Shown here piece after piece: positions 25,031 to 38,720 of a stretch of DNA of 64,000 bases. The notes under the pieces are model-generated. The model saw only the letters and a program-made list of their open reading frames with translations, was not told the DNA's origin and ran no database searches. This DNA comes from the human T2T-CHM13v2.0 reference genome, Homo sapiens, in NCBI RefSeq assembly GCF_009914755.1, contig NC_060934.1; one strand, 5' to 3'. A program made the translations under genes and the position numbers. Position 1 is the stretch's first letter. The number at the start of each line of letters is the position of its first letter.

Positions 25031-25414
25031 TACATAGCATGGTTTCTAACCAGCACTCCTAAGATAGGGGCTGAACCCCCATGGTGGCACATAATGTCCT
25101 CTTCCAGCAGGCTTTGTCCTCCTGCCTTGCACCCTCCCCTGTAACCTCTATGCAGACTGGCAGAAGTGGGGCTCTGCCAGTCCCAGGTTGTTTAATTGCT
25201 CACATCTGTCCCATCTCTTTGCTCATGCAGTCACCTATGTCTGAAATGCCCACTCTGCTTTTGTTCACCTAAAAACTCCCAAACTTCCTGCAAAAGTAAG
25301 CCCAAGTGACACCATCTCAATGAAGCCCCTCTTTAGCCTTCTCAGCAATAGAATTGACCACTGCTTCTTTCGTGCTCCCATCATACTCCACGCTTCTCCA
25401 CCATTGTAATAGTA

Positions 25415-25709
25415 CAGTTGACCCTCTGTTATGCATCCTCGGATTCAAGCAATCACAAATAGAAAATATTCGGGGGAAAAATAACAATTCAACAATAAAT
25501 AATACAAATAAAACAATGCAACATAACTATTTACATAAAATTTGCATTGTATTGGATATTATAAGTAATCTAGAGATGATTTATGCTATACAAGAGGATG
25601 TGTGTGGATTTTTGCAAATAGCCATTTTATATAAGGAACTTAAGCATGTGGATTTGGGTATCTGAGGGGGTCCCGGAACCAATGTCCCATGGATACCGAG
25701 GAATGACTG
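25415..25709. mobile_element. MER2 (TcMar-Tigger non-autonomous)
   Basis: TA|CAGTTGACCCTC..ATAAGTAATCTAGAGATGATTTA..GGATACCGAGGAATGACTG|TA; TA target-site duplication. Confidence 0.88.
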
Positions 25710-25719
25710 TATTAACATG

Positions 25720-25905
25720 TATGGAATGCTTACTATATGCCTGGCACTGAGAAGTTTGCATGTGTTAACTAATTAAGTCCTCATAATAACTATATTATCC
25801 CCATTTTACAGGTGAGGAAACTGAGGCGCAGAGTGGTTAAGTAAGTTTCACTGGATTACCAAGCTAATAATTAGTAGAGACAGGATGTAGAGCCAGGCAG
25901 TCTGC
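25720..25905 (-). mobile_element. MIR SINE
   Basis: CCCCATTTTACAGGTGAGGAAACTGAGGCGCAGAGTGGTTAAGTAA. Confidence 0.8.
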
Positions 25906-26362
25906 TTAACAACACTGCCATAAAGCTTTATGGCACTAGTACCACTCGACTGTATTAATTTGTTACATGCCTATCTTCCTCTACTCGACCACAAACTCAC
26001 CAAGGACAGGACGGTATTTTATTTACCTCTTATTCACTACCCTCTTGCCCTGCCCCTGTGCTTAGCACAGCTTGGCAAATAGGGAGTATTCAATAGATGA
26101 ATGAGGGAAATGAATGAGGAGTGAAAGAAAAGGAATCCTTTACAAACATTCCTTCTTTATGGTTGAGAAGGCTGCAACTCAGAGAAGCTAAATAATTTGC
26201 CCTAAGTCCTAGCCTATGCTATAATTTCAGTCCAGGTCTTCCTCACTACAATACATCTTTTTGCCCACCATATCAGGCTGCTTTCAAAAGGAACACAAAA
26301 TTTTAATGCTATACAGTTGTCCCCAAATAAAAAATATGGCAAGCTGGCAAAATATAGGTTCA

Positions 26363-26771
<409 letters not shown>

Positions 26772-28586
26772 TCAGAATTCAGGTTAATATCCAAAGAGTT
26801 GGGATTTAAGAACCACAGTTCTGGAAGCAGAGGACAGACATTTGAATAGCGGATTATTTTGACAGCATCTGAGACAATCCCCTCTTTTTGAAGCTATCAC
26901 TTGAGCAAACAGAGGGTGGTCAGGATTTAAGGAGTGCGTCTTCTGAGGAGCGGGGTGGAGTCTAACCAAAGCCAGGTCTATAGGACAGCTCTCTGGGGGC
27001 TCCAGTTCCGTTATTGGAAATAAAGTACCAGTTAACTCAGAGCTCAACTGGCAACTCCTAAAATGAATAGGGAAAGAGGAATTTCTCCTTTCTTATATAA
27101 GCCTCCTTCCTTCAATTAAAAACTGTTTTAAAGCGTGCTTATCAAGGTTGGCTAGTCTCCAAGGAGTGAGGTAATGTGCTGTACCCTACAGCCACAGGCA
27201 TATACCAGCCAATGGTCAGCTGTCACTATGAGGTACTGTCAGCCAATTTTAAAATGGAAAAATGCATGCCATGATAATGACTTATCTTCTTATCTAAATT
27301 TTAAACAGTTAAGATGCCTGGCTTGGAATAGTAATGTATGCAATCAATCAATAATCCCTTATTTTTAAACATAAAGAAGGAGGCATACATTTTCTTATTA
27401 ATAGAGGATCAGTTTTTATCCTTGCCCCCCAACAAGTAAATGTTCAGCATATATGTTAAGAACATTAGTGTAAGGGGTCCCCAAATATCTGCTATTCCAC
27501 TCACTGAACCCACCCCTCTCTGCTAATGGCTCCATCCTAAGGAGGAAGAGATGGGCTTCCCTCTCTTTCCCAGGAATGCTGATCCCCCAGCACAGGCTAG
27601 TTTGTTCTTCCTAGTGCCTCTCAGCTGGCCCCTTCTCTCTTTCCTTTATTACTTTCTCAGTCTAGACTCTAATTGTTCAGTTACTGGGTCAATTGCCTTC
27701 AAGGCATTTTCAGCATGGAGATACGCTTTTTGAGCAAAACTTCCAAGCCTGTCCACAATTTGATGCCTCTATACATTGAACACTTTTCTTGACTATTCCT
27801 GCTATTCACTTTAATTGGGGGAAGTTTCCACCATGGTTCTTACAGACAGAAGATCTGGGTTCATTGTTTATTCTATACCTTCAAGCCATGTCTCCCCAGC
27901 TTCTATCTTTTCCCTACATACAGGCTCAATTCCCATATCTCTTTTTTCTTCAAATCCTCCCCATCTTAGGACCCTCTTTTGCTATGAAGCTTTCCTTGGC
28001 TGTACTGGCCAACATTAATCCGCTTCTCCTGATGGCGACCTTGTACATGCCAGGCACCGTGCTAGACACTTCATACCCAACCGCATGCTTAATCTTGCCA
28101 ACAAATCTGGGAGGAGAGCTTCCCCTTTCACAGAAGAACAAAGTGAAGTTCAGGAAGGCTAAGCAGCTTGCTCAAGACCTGATAGATAGTAAGTGCTGCG
28201 GCTGAGCCCTGATCCTGGAGTTACTGTGAAATTAACCCCTATTCCACCAAGACGTAGTCATCCAGCTTGGGCCTGACCCATGCACGGACCAGAAGGGCTG
28301 GAAGGAGTGTCCTGCTCACATCCTGCTTCCGTGTCCCTCTCACACCATCCTGGCTAGGAATAGTTTCCTCCAAACCAGAGGCATCACTGAAGCTCTTCAT
28401 CTTTTTTTCTCCTCTGGGAAGAGGAGTTCATTACCTCACTTCTTACTCCCCGCACATTCCACCTCAGGCTGACTTTCCTGAAATATATGCACACATCTTA
28501 AGCCTCCTTTACTCTCTTTCTGCCTTTGTCTAGTTACATAGAAAGTCTTCCTCGGGTTTTGTCTGTGTGTGTGTGTTTGGTTTTCG

Positions 28587-28890
28587 TTTTTTTTTTTTTT
28601 TTTTTTTTGAGTCACTCTCACTCTGTGGCCCAGGCTGGAGTGCAGTGGTGCAATCATAGTTCACTGCAGCCTTGAACTCCTGGGCTCAAGTGATCCTCCC
28701 GCTACTCATCCTCCCCAGTATCTGGGACTACAGGTGCATGCCACCATGCCCAGCTAATATTTTTTTAATTTGTAGAGATGAGCTCTTTCTGTGTTGCCCA
28801 CGCTGGTTTCAAACTCCTGGCCTCAAGTGATTCTCCCACCTCAGCCTCCAAAAGTGCTAGGAATACAGGGGTGAACCACTGTGCCTAGCC
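28587..28890 (-). mobile_element. AluJ
   Basis: Poly(T) plus two arms. Confidence 0.92.
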
Positions 28891-29345
28891 TTCCTATTTC
28901 TTTCCCCCTCAGTGCTCCCCTCCCCCTCTATTTGTTATCACTCTTATTTGGCCCTGTCCTCTCTCTTAGTATTAACTCTTATCTTCCCATTTTTGTCTCT
29001 TTTAACGTTTCTCTTTCATTTCATTGCATTGAGGAGCTGAAAAACCCTGGATGGTGTTTGAGTAAGAGCTGTGCTCCAGGGCACTGTTCAGGAGGTCCAG
29101 CATCATTCTGCCTGCATTTGGCTCCCAGTTCTGCCAGTTTCTTACCTTAGGCAAATGGCTAAAACTCTTTCTGATTTTCCTCATCTATAAAATGTGCATG
29201 AGAGAAGTTACTGAGGCTGAAATGATACTCCTTTAATGTTTGTCTGTTGTTATTGTTTGCATTTGAATTTGAATGTTCTTGGACAGGGCCCATAGTCTCT
29301 ACTCTTTACCTTTCCTATTTCCACCACTTTGCCTGAATTACGCAT

Positions 29346-29648
29346 TTCTTTCTTTCTTTCTTTCTTTTTTGTTTTTTTTGTTTTTTTAGATGGAGTCTCG
29401 CTCTGTCACCCAGGCCGGAGTGCAGTGGGGCGATCTCAGCTCACTGCAAGCTCTGCCTCCCAGGTTCACGCCATTCTCCTGCATCAGCCTCCTGAGCAAC
29501 TGGGACTACAGGCACCCGCCACCATGCCTGGCTAAGTTTTTTGTATTTTTAATAGAGACGGGATTTCACCATGTTAGCCAGGATGGTCTCAATCTCCTGA
29601 CCTTGTGATCTGCCTGCCTTGGCCTCCCAAAGTGCTGGGATTACAGGC
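29346..29648 (-). mobile_element. AluY-like, slightly 5'-truncated
   Basis: CACTGCAAGCTC..GTTCACGCCATTCTCC..TTAGCCAGGATGGTCTC; TSD TAC(G/C)CATTTCTTT. Confidence 0.92.
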
Positions 29649-30810
29649 TACCCATTTCTTTTATTTGCTTGGCTCCTATAGATATTTGACTTTGTGACCT
29701 ATACAGACGAAAGCATAGGAACTCTTCAGAATGTCTCTTTCAAATTGTCATTTATTTCTTTATTCTCCTACAAATAGACCAGTTTATTTTCAAGCATCAA
29801 TAGTGATACTTACTTATTTTTTGTTATGTTTCATCCCTAGAATTTCAATAAGAGTTTTCTGTCTTCATTTCTTATGTAATGAAGAGGGTTAGATGAGTCT
29901 GACCCAATGTCACCAGGTGGCCTTCCTCTTTGAGCTCTCACCAGAAGTGTCTACTCACCCACACAGATGCACTGGTGAGCAATGTGGAGATCGCTGAAGA
30001 GCCCATGGTGCTGATGGGGGAGAGGGTGTACACCTTCCCTCTCAGTAGCAGCTTGGGCCCCTCCTCTAGCATTTCCAGCTGCAGAGCCTCTTTTGTCAGG
30101 GAGCACAGGGTGTTTTCTTTCCCTCTCTGCCCCCCACTTCCTACCCCAGGGCACACCAGTTATCCTGGCTCCTGTCTTCATCCTTCCATATCCAGTTTCC
30201 CACCCCAAACTTCCAGCATTTTCTAGGAGTGTAACTGCTCCCCCCACCACCCCACCCACCAACCCCAGGCAGTTCATGATCGTTTCTTTTTAAATGAACA
30301 TTCTGGCACATACATTGTTTTTCCCCATGTCATTACTTAGATTTTTATAGACTAGCATAGTATACTAATCAGCATTTATATTACCTTTTCCATGAGCAAA
30401 CATGTTTTGAATTCCAAGTAACCAACTTACTTTATAAACTTCTAAATGTTATGTCTAAAGTTATATGGTGCTCAGTGAGGACTGGAAATTGTCAGGAATG
30501 GCTTCATGGAAAGTGGGGCTTGAGTTAGACCTAGAGGGGTCTGTAGAAGGAGGTCAGACAGGGAAATATTCCAGGTGGAAGGGTGAAGATACGGAAGCAG
30601 AATTGAGAGAAGACAGTTAAAACCAGTATGGAGAAGACAGCATTTTATGATTCAATAAATAGAAGCCAATCGATCAATTTAGTTCATTTCCTCTTCCCTT
30701 CCACTTTAGGGTTTTAAGTCAGGAATGGCAATACTGGGCACATGTGCTACCTCCAGCCCACTGCACCCATGGCAGATGCTACTAATCATGACACTTGTTT
30801 TTCATGAATT

Positions 30811-31227
30811 TGTTACCAAAACACCAGAGGTTTGGTTTAGGTCCTACTGCTCCCCACACAGAATGCCAATCACCAAGTCAGCAAGCATTGCCAGGGAAGA
30901 AGGCTTTAATCGGTGCTGCAACCAAGGAGATGGGAGATGAGGTTTCAAATCCAGCTCCTGGACTGACAAAAATTAGGGTGTTTATATAGCACAGAAGGCG
31001 GGAAAACAGGAATTAGGGAATTAATCATGATCAATGAGGGATTTGATATCTCACTGTCTGGTTGTGGTGATCTATTGAGTTTCAGTCCCTTGTCTGAGGG
31101 TCAGTTCCTGAGGAAGGCACTCAGTTAAGACAAATACAAGTTTCAAGTGTTAAGATGGAGGGCCAATTTTTATGTTTATTCAGTGACCCATAAATATCAT
31201 TTCTATGGGAAAACTGGGTCAGTTTCA
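30811..31227 (-). mobile_element. ERV1 (MER4-group, LOR1-like) solo LTR
   Basis: TG..CA termini; reverse strand starts TGAAACTGACCCAGTTTTCCCATAGAA; 4-bp TSD A(A/G)TT. Confidence 0.75.
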
Positions 31228-31279
31228 AGTTCAGACAGGGCCTAAAATTTTTTTCATAATGTATCATACCAAGCAGTTC

Positions 31280-31583
31280 TTTTTTTTTTTTTTTTTTTTC
31301 TTGTAGACAGAGTCTCCCTCTGTAGCCAGGCTGGAGTGCAGTGGCTCAAACATGGATCACTGCAGCTTCGAACTCCTGAGCTCAAGTGATACTCCCAACA
31401 TCAGCCTCCTGAGTAGCTGGGACCACAGATGTACACCACCACACCTGGCTAATTTCTATTTTTCATTTTTATTTTTTGTAGAGACAGGGTCTCCCTATGT
31501 TGCCCAGGCTGGTCTCAAACTCCTGAGCTCAAGCTATCCTCCAAAGTGGTTGGACCATAGGTGTGAGCCATAACACAGGGCCC
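31280..31583 (-). mobile_element. AluJ
   Basis: Poly(T) plus two arms; TSD CAGTTCT. Confidence 0.9.
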
Positions 31584-32979
31584 ATCCCAAACAGTTCTAC
31601 CAGTTGATCAGAGTTGGCATGCAATGTGAAATCCATTTTCTATTCATGTCCTGAGTTTAGTAAATCTGGTGATTTTTATCTCTAAATGGAACTGCTTTAT
31701 GAGTATCTTTATTAAGTCCAAAATGTAAACAGCCATTTAGAACAACATTAATATAATTACTCAAATGCTTTACGATACTATCTTGCCAGAACATAGATTT
31801 CATAGTGATAAACCAAAACCCACTTAACTAATGCTTAAATATATTTCCTTTTAAAAGGTGTCATTGGTCTAGTTACTAATGATATTAATTGCTTTATTTC
31901 CTCAGATCCCAATTTTGCATTGATCCATTTTCCAGGGCTTAGTATTGATTTTTTAAAGAATAACTTGTATAATATTAAGTGAGACAGCCATATCAATCAA
32001 TTATAGTCCTCTCCTCAACTGGACAATTTATGCCTTGTAAATGTGGGTCTACACATAATGTTTTCTACAATGTCAGTAGGATTTCAAGTGCCTGGGGTTC
32101 TGTTCTTGTCTTTGTGGATTCCTTTCTCTGCCTGCCTTCTTCCCCTTCTCTTCTTGGCCTAATTATTATCTTTCAAGAACTAACACAGGAATTATCTTTC
32201 TGTGAGATCTTTCTGGAATCCCCACATTCACCATCACAATTAGTTTCTCTCTCCTCTCGGTTCTGTAGTGCTTTGTTTTTGCACCTTTAGCAGAATGGCT
32301 AGTTAGTCAGGGATGTGCCCATGTCCCCAGCTAGACTGGGAGCTCCTTGAGGGCAGCACGTGCCTTGTCACCTTCTTCTCCCCTCCATCTAATACGAAGT
32401 AGGTGGCAGATGCATCCTTTCCAAATGATTGACATCAATAAGACATTGAAAAAATATTGGGCTAGTAGAATTTTAATTTTGTTTGAACATGTTAATGTCC
32501 ATGTTGGTTTACTTGAGAACACATAATTGGTGTAAAATTAGGTGACAAATTTGTAAATGTGGATTTAGGGAGTCATTCACATTGAAAGATTGAATTCTAC
32601 TGCTGACTTCTACTGACTAAACTGCTGGCATTCTGTTCTTTACAGTAAAAGTGACATTGGGTGAAAGCATTGGTATCGGTGTCTAGCTGTTTTGAGCTGA
32701 GGCTACCTTTGTTTGAATGAAGGGAATATTTGGATCATCTGACTGGAAATATGTATGTCATGAGACAAGTATGCTGGCACTTCTGTTATGACAACAGATG
32801 ATATCCTCTTCCTGAGTGAACTGGGAAAGGCAGGGAGTTTGGGGAGACCTGCAGCATGACCTGGGTCACATTCAGAATGCGTTCTGCTGTTCAGAGTTTC
32901 CTTGCTCTTGAGTATCACCCTTTGCCTCAGTTTTTCAGATGGAAAATGGGTGGAAGTCAGTGGAATTATTGTGTAATAA

Positions 32980-33190
32980 AAACAGCTAATGCTTATTTCC
33001 TATGCATCAAGTACCATGCTGAATACATGAGTTCATTTAATCCTGACAACAGCCCTGTGAGGTGTTACCATTAGGATGCCTACTTTACAGGAGAGGAAAT
33101 GGCACCTTGGAGAGGTTAAGTGATGTGCTCAAGGCCAAATCCTAGTCAATGGAAAAGTCTGAGACCCAAATTCAAGTCTTTTTGACCATT
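32980..33190 (-). mobile_element. MIR SINE
   Basis: TCATTTAATCCTGACAACAGCCCTGTGAGG..TTTACAGGAGAGGAAA..AGAGGTTAAGTGA. Confidence 0.75.
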
Positions 33191-33195
33191 GGCCC

Positions 33196-33246
33196 TGTGT
33201 GTGTGTTTGTGTGTGTGTGCGTGCGTGTGTGTGTGTGTGTGTGTGT
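33196..33246. repeat. (TG)n microsatellite
   Basis: About 25 TG/CG dinucleotides, read directly. Confidence 0.95.
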
Positions 33247-34259
33247 TACCTCCATGCTAAGCTGCTTCTGCGGTAGCTCTGGAGAGCCTCATAAAAGAGC
33301 TAAATAAATAAAAGGGGTACGGGATATCCTTATTAGAGAGAAGAGTGTTTAGTAGGAGGTTATTATCTGTTTTCTTGAGAGAATTCCTGGCTTAGAGTAA
33401 AGACAGATGTTATAAAAACTGTACCCTGGTTGATTTGATTGACACCTCAAGATGTTTTGAATCTAGTTACACTTACATTACTGTCAGGTGATTTCTGAGA
33501 TGTTGCTTTGTTGCAGTACAAGTTCAGAGGACAAAGGTCTTCCAGGGTTGGAGGGGTCAGTGTGAATGGAGCATTGGAGGTTGTGCCGCCTTTTCTGAGC
33601 TGTGCATGGTTGTCTTTTTTCCTACCAGTAGGTGGAAATAGAACTGAATCTTTCAGCACTTGCTCTTTCAGCTGAATCCTGGCAGGATTCCTTTAATTTC
33701 TGCCATGAAGGAAAAAAATAAAAAACCTCAGGAGAATTTTGGAGTGTACAGTTGGAGGACTGTTATTCTGCAGACTGGAATACTTCCAGTCTGATGGTCA
33801 GATAATGATTTCAGCCTCCTAGAAGGCCAGGGTGCTGGAAGCAGCTGCTGGCAGCCGTGGGTGTCCCATGAGCTCTGCTGGACACCCACCTTGAGGGGGG
33901 CTTTTCCTATCCTGACCACACATCCTTTTACAAGACTCCTCCCGTCCCACCCGTTTAAACCTTTGTCTTTACTGTGAAGTTGTGTATCATGTTTATTTTC
34001 AGAAACTGCATTTCTGAAATTAAAATCTACCAAGCTGAAACAGCACATAAGTGGATAAAGTACAAGAGGAAAGCCTCCCACCCACAGTTCCCTCACTTTC
34101 TCATTGTATTAACTGTTTTTTGCATACCTATCCAGACTTTTTCTATAACATAAACAATTATATATCTCATCGAAATAAAACAGGCATTATGTAACAAGTG
34201 TTGTTCTTTGCTTTGTGCACTTATGAGTGTATCAGGGCTGCCTATGAATGTGATTCGCT

Positions 34260-34474
34260 CTGGTGTTTCCCAGTTGGGGGCAGTTTGGCCCCCGAGGTGA
34301 CACTTGGCAATGTCTGGAGACATTTTCAGTTGTCAACAACTGGGGTGACGGGATGCTACTGGCATCTAATGGGTAGTGGCCAGAGATGTTGCTAAATATT
34401 CTACAAGGCACAGGACAGCACCTCACAAAGCATTATCCAGCCCCTAATATTTAGTACTGAGGTTGAGAAACCCT
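34260..34474. mobile_element. MER20 hAT MITE (within old L1M ~33990-34580)
   Basis: GGCAATGTCTGGAGACATTTT..TGCTACTGGCATCTAATGGGTAG..GAGGTTGAGAAACCCT. Confidence 0.88.
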
Positions 34475-34586
34475 TTGCTAGGTAACCTCATTCTTTGCAA
34501 TGGTGCACTGAATTCTATAGTGTGAATTTCTCATCCTATGTTAATGTTTTCCTACTGGCAGTCACTTAAGGTTGTTTCCAACTCAT

Positions 34587-34881
34587 CTCACCTGTAATCC
34601 CAGACCTTTGGGAGGCCAAGGTGAGAGAATCGCTTAAGGCTAGCAGTTTGAGACCAGTCCAGGCAACATAGTGAGACCCCAAGTCTGCCAAAAAAATATA
34701 AATAAATAAATTAGCCGGGCATGATGGCATGCATCTGTAGTACTAGCTACTCCGGAGGCTGAGGCGGGAGGATCACTTGAGCCCAGGAGTCAAGGCTACA
34801 GTGAACTATGATTGTGCCACTGCACTCCAGCCTGGGTGACAGAGCAAGACACTGTTTCAAAAAAACAAACAAACAAAAAAA
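34587..34881 (+). mobile_element. AluJ
   Basis: GGAGGATCACTTGAGCCCAGGAG..; two arms plus A-rich tail. Confidence 0.92.
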
Positions 34882-35586
34882 CAGTGTTGGAATAAATATT
34901 GGTTTACATCTTTGTGCACTTTGAGATTTTGTTTCTGCGAGATAAAGATACAAAATTAAAATATCTGAGGATAGGGACTTTATTTTAAAAGTAAAAAGTA
35001 CTCTTTTACACCCAGAATCCCTAATTTGCTGTTCCAAAAAGCAAAAGACCTAAAAACAAAGTTTAAAAATTCACAGCAAACACAGGATTTGGTGGCAAAA
35101 CCTTAGTTGAACTTGTGTGAGGCTAGTCTTTATTTATTACATTTAATGTGAATATTTAGACATCTGTTGCAGAAATCTTTATTTGATTATGGGTTACTGT
35201 CTCAGTCTCTGATGATGTAGTTACATAATATGGCACCTTATTGACTTTTTAAAAATATCTGAATTGAATTCTAAAGCTCTTTCAGCTTTTTGGCAAACAT
35301 TGCCATCTGATAGATTTGTTTGCATTAGAATGGCAGCCTCGGGAATTTAATATTATAGTGATGTGCAGCATTTAGTCCTTAATAATTCTTATATGTTGAA
35401 ATGAGCAGGTTGTGGTGACTTCAGTGATTTTGTTTTCAGCATCTATAACCCCCTTTTAAAGGTGATTTTAGTCCTATGAAGAAAAATTGCATGTTTTCAG
35501 GTCGCAATTCTTGCCTTGTGCTTTTCCGTACAAATTAGCCCCTCAGAAAACATGAAGCATGGTCTTGAAAATCACTTTTTGCTCAT

Positions 35587-35875
35587 TTTTTTTTTTTGAG
35601 ACAGAGTCTCGCTCTGTCACCTAGGCTGGAATGCAGTGGTGCGATCTCAACTCACTGCAACCTCCCCTCCCAGGTTCAAGCAATTCTCTGCCTCAGCCTC
35701 CCAAGTAGCTGGGATGACAGGCACCCACCACCATGCCCGGATAATTTTTGTATTTTTAGCAGAGACGAGTTTCACCATCTTGGCCAGGCTGGTCTTGAAC
35801 TCCTGACCTCATGAACCACCCACCTTGGCCTCCCAAAGTGCTGGGATTACAGGCGTGAGCCACCATGTGTGGCCT
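35587..35875 (-). mobile_element. AluS
   Basis: Two arms; TSD TGCTCATT. Confidence 0.93.
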
Positions 35876-36506
35876 GCTCATTCTTTAAAAGATTGGCAAT
35901 AGCTACAACATTTTGCATGCTTGCTCTGTTTCATGCTTAGCAAACATTACCAAATCTGACCTCCACAACAATACCTCTAGGAGGTAGTCTTTTTGTCTTA
36001 GTTTATCTGCAGGGAATGGGCTTCTGGAAGTTGAGGATGTGTGCAAAGTAACATCTGGGAAGAGGCAGAACCCAAATCTGCAGCTGTAGGTGCTACATCC
36101 CTCCACGGTGTAATTAGAATTCACTTTCCCCAATGTGGACAGAGTTTTAATATTTCTATTAAACTGTAATTAAATTAATTAAATTGTAATTGGTAGCCGT
36201 TACAAAATTTTTGAGAAAAAAAATAGCCCCAAGTTGCTTTTTCTCTCAAGGGGCTACACTTGGACTTGATGGCAAATAGGAAAATGTCACTTGAGTCAAG
36301 TGGATATTTTCATCACAACATTAAGAGAAAGCATTGGAGCAAATCTGAGGTCACGAAGCTCTCCCACCAAAGAACTAAGCATTATTTGAAATGAGAAAAC
36401 ATTAATGTCCTCTCTGGAGCCTGGAATTGACATGAAATTAGGGAAAAGCATTGAGTTATATTTATTTCTTTTGGTTTAATCCCAAGATGTCGGTTTTCAT
36501 TATGAA

Positions 36507-36700
36507 AGGGGAGGGGAACATCACACACCAGGGCCTGTCGTGGGGTGGGGAGCGAGGGGAGGGATAGCATTAGGAGAAATACCTAATGTAGATGACGTGT
36601 TGTTGGGTGCAGCAAACCACCATGGCACGTGTATACCTATGTAACAAAACTGTACGTTCTGCACATGTATCCCAGAACTTAAAGTATAATTTAAAAAAAG
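36507..36700 (+). mobile_element. L1PA (PA7/8-like) 3' end
   Basis: GGGGAACATCACACACCAGGGCCTGTC..GCATTAGGAGAAATACCTAATGTAGATGAC..CCCAGAACTTAAAGTATAAT plus A-tail. Confidence 0.92.
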
Positions 36701-37339
36701 AAATTTAATTTAACATAAAAAATTTAAAAACATATTATCTTCTATTCTTTATAGCAGAGCCAGTTCAAGAACCCTCAGGAAAAATTCTTGCCCTAAGCCA
36801 ACTGGAATTTCTGACTTCTGAATTTTTTTATGTGACAGGCTTAGCCTGGGGTAGAGTCCAGGAAGGATGCTTCTAGGTTGGTTTTTTAGCTGTTGCTGAC
36901 ATGATTCCCTTTGCTGCCTCCTAGCTCTCGAGGTTTCTCCAAAAAGCATATGCAAGGAACTTTCCTATTCCTTCCTTGGAGGAGTTTCCAATGTTCCTTC
37001 TCCACTGTGTCCTCTGCAACTCAATCTACCGATTTGTTTTAACATTTCAAGTTTATAGCTGATTTTACTATTGTGATGGGGAATCCCAGGGTATGAACTG
37101 TGTGCAGGACAGTTAACTACTCCTGTTATTTCTTGGCTTGCTAGGTTTTTATTGTTACTTTCAGCTGTCTTTCAGCCTTTTACCCATCGTCCTTCACCTT
37201 TGATGAGTTCTCTCTGGTACTTTGGTCTTTGAGAAAGACCTAAGTACACTCCCCTTAGTCCCTCATTTAAATGCCCATTCTCACAGCACCCCTGAACCTT
37301 GAGATGTCTTTAGATTCTGCATGAACACCTCACAGGTCC

Positions 37340-37625
37340 AAACTCCTCTCTGCCTCAGGCCCTTTGTATGTGCTAGTCCCTCTGTCTGGGACACACTCTC
37401 CTAGCTACCAGCCTCTTTTTACCTGGTTGTTAACTTCAGTTTATGTTCTCAGGGAAGCCTTCCTAGACCACCACACCCCTTCTCCTAGCTAAGATCAGCT
37501 ATTAGTTGTGATTCTTTCATGAGTCAGTCTCTACCATGAGATTGGACATGCTATTAGCCCAGGGACCAAGTAAAATGTTTCATTTCAGTGCAATGACTAT
37601 TTGTGCAGTGAATGAACAAATGAGG
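37340..37625 (+). mobile_element. L2 3' fragment
   Basis: CTGCCTCAGGCCCTTTGTATGTGCT..CAGGGAAGCCTTCCT..GTGAATGAACAAATGA. Confidence 0.6.
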
Positions 37626-37879
37626 CCTGTACTTCTCTGGATTCCGAGTCAGCTTCTCTGCTTTTAGACTTTATTTTCCAGACCTACATTCTTACTGAAA
37701 TATGTGTGTTTCCTCACATCATTCACCTGTCCTTTTCACTGGCCCCCTTCACCAGCCTTTACACTGTTTCCATTGTAGGCCCAGCCTGCACTCTCAAAAA
37801 CAGAGTTATCCAGGCACTTCTGTATTCTGTTGTTTCTTAATATCAACAGGTTGTTTTAGAGATAGTTTGTTTGCTTGTG

Positions 37880-38720
37880 TTTATTTATTATGGATATTTC
37901 AAGAATACTGGGAAAGCACAAGGAGCTTATGACAAATAGCCATGTACCACTGCCCAGACTTGCAGGTGGAAACATTTGCAGTATTTGCTTCAAAGAAATA
38001 AAATGTTACAGAAACAGTTGAAGCTCCTACTCTCTCCTCTCCCCTCAGAGCTAACCACTGTGTGGACAATTGCCACATGAATTGTTGGAACACCTCAAAT
38101 GAAAGTAAATAGGAAACTTGACATTTTGGCTAGATTATGGGAGGAAAATGTTATCTCAATCTTGTTTTTTTAAATATTTAACTGATTTCTAGTAAAGTTG
38201 AGCATTTTTAATGTTTATTGGCTACCTGGGCTGCTTCTATGAATTACATGTTTATATCTTTTTCCATTTTACCTATTTGCCATTTTTCTATTTATTTTTC
38301 TTCTTGGTTTGTAAAGATCTCTGTATATTTGGATTATTCTGTTGCCTGTAATATGTGTTACAAATACCAACTTCTAATCCATAACTTTTCATTTAGTTTT
38401 GTTTATATTATCATGTGTTGTGTAGAAATTTTAAATTTCTTTGTGATCTAATGAACATTTTTCTTCATGATTTCTGCTTTTTATATTTTAGGAAATCCTT
38501 ATGCTGAGATTGTGAAGGTATTCTCATCAAAATGTTTTAAATGTTTTGTTTGTTACATTTTAACCTTTCATTCATTTGGAATTTATTTTTGTAATTAGGT
38601 AGAAATCTATTTTAACCAAGCTGCAGTATGCAGTTGAGTATATTTCTTCCTTTGCTATCTTTATACCACTGGCTTGTTTTTCATGTCTTATTACACTGCC
38701 TAGTACCTCTAGTATGATAT
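37880..38720 (-). mobile_element. Old L1M fragments
   Basis: GTTGAGCATTTTT..GTTTATTGGC..TTTCCATTTT; TTCATTTGGAATTTATTTTTGT. Confidence 0.6.

Larger units (their letters stand above)
23700..26120 (+). mobile_element. Long fragmented L2 interrupted by later insertions
   Basis: L2 internal motif CTGCTGGAGAGAAAT, GCAAATCTGATCAT, and 3' end GCACAGCTTGGCAAATAG..GATGAATGA..AATGAATGA. Confidence 0.55.

Noticed and set aside
27789-28205. 138-aa ORF
   Set aside because: Non-ATG start, 3' half lies in a MIR, no domain similarity
29905-29925. CTCF-like TCACCAGGTGGC (also partial matches near 42845 and 51875)
   Set aside because: Imperfect motifs that cannot be supported without ChIP data
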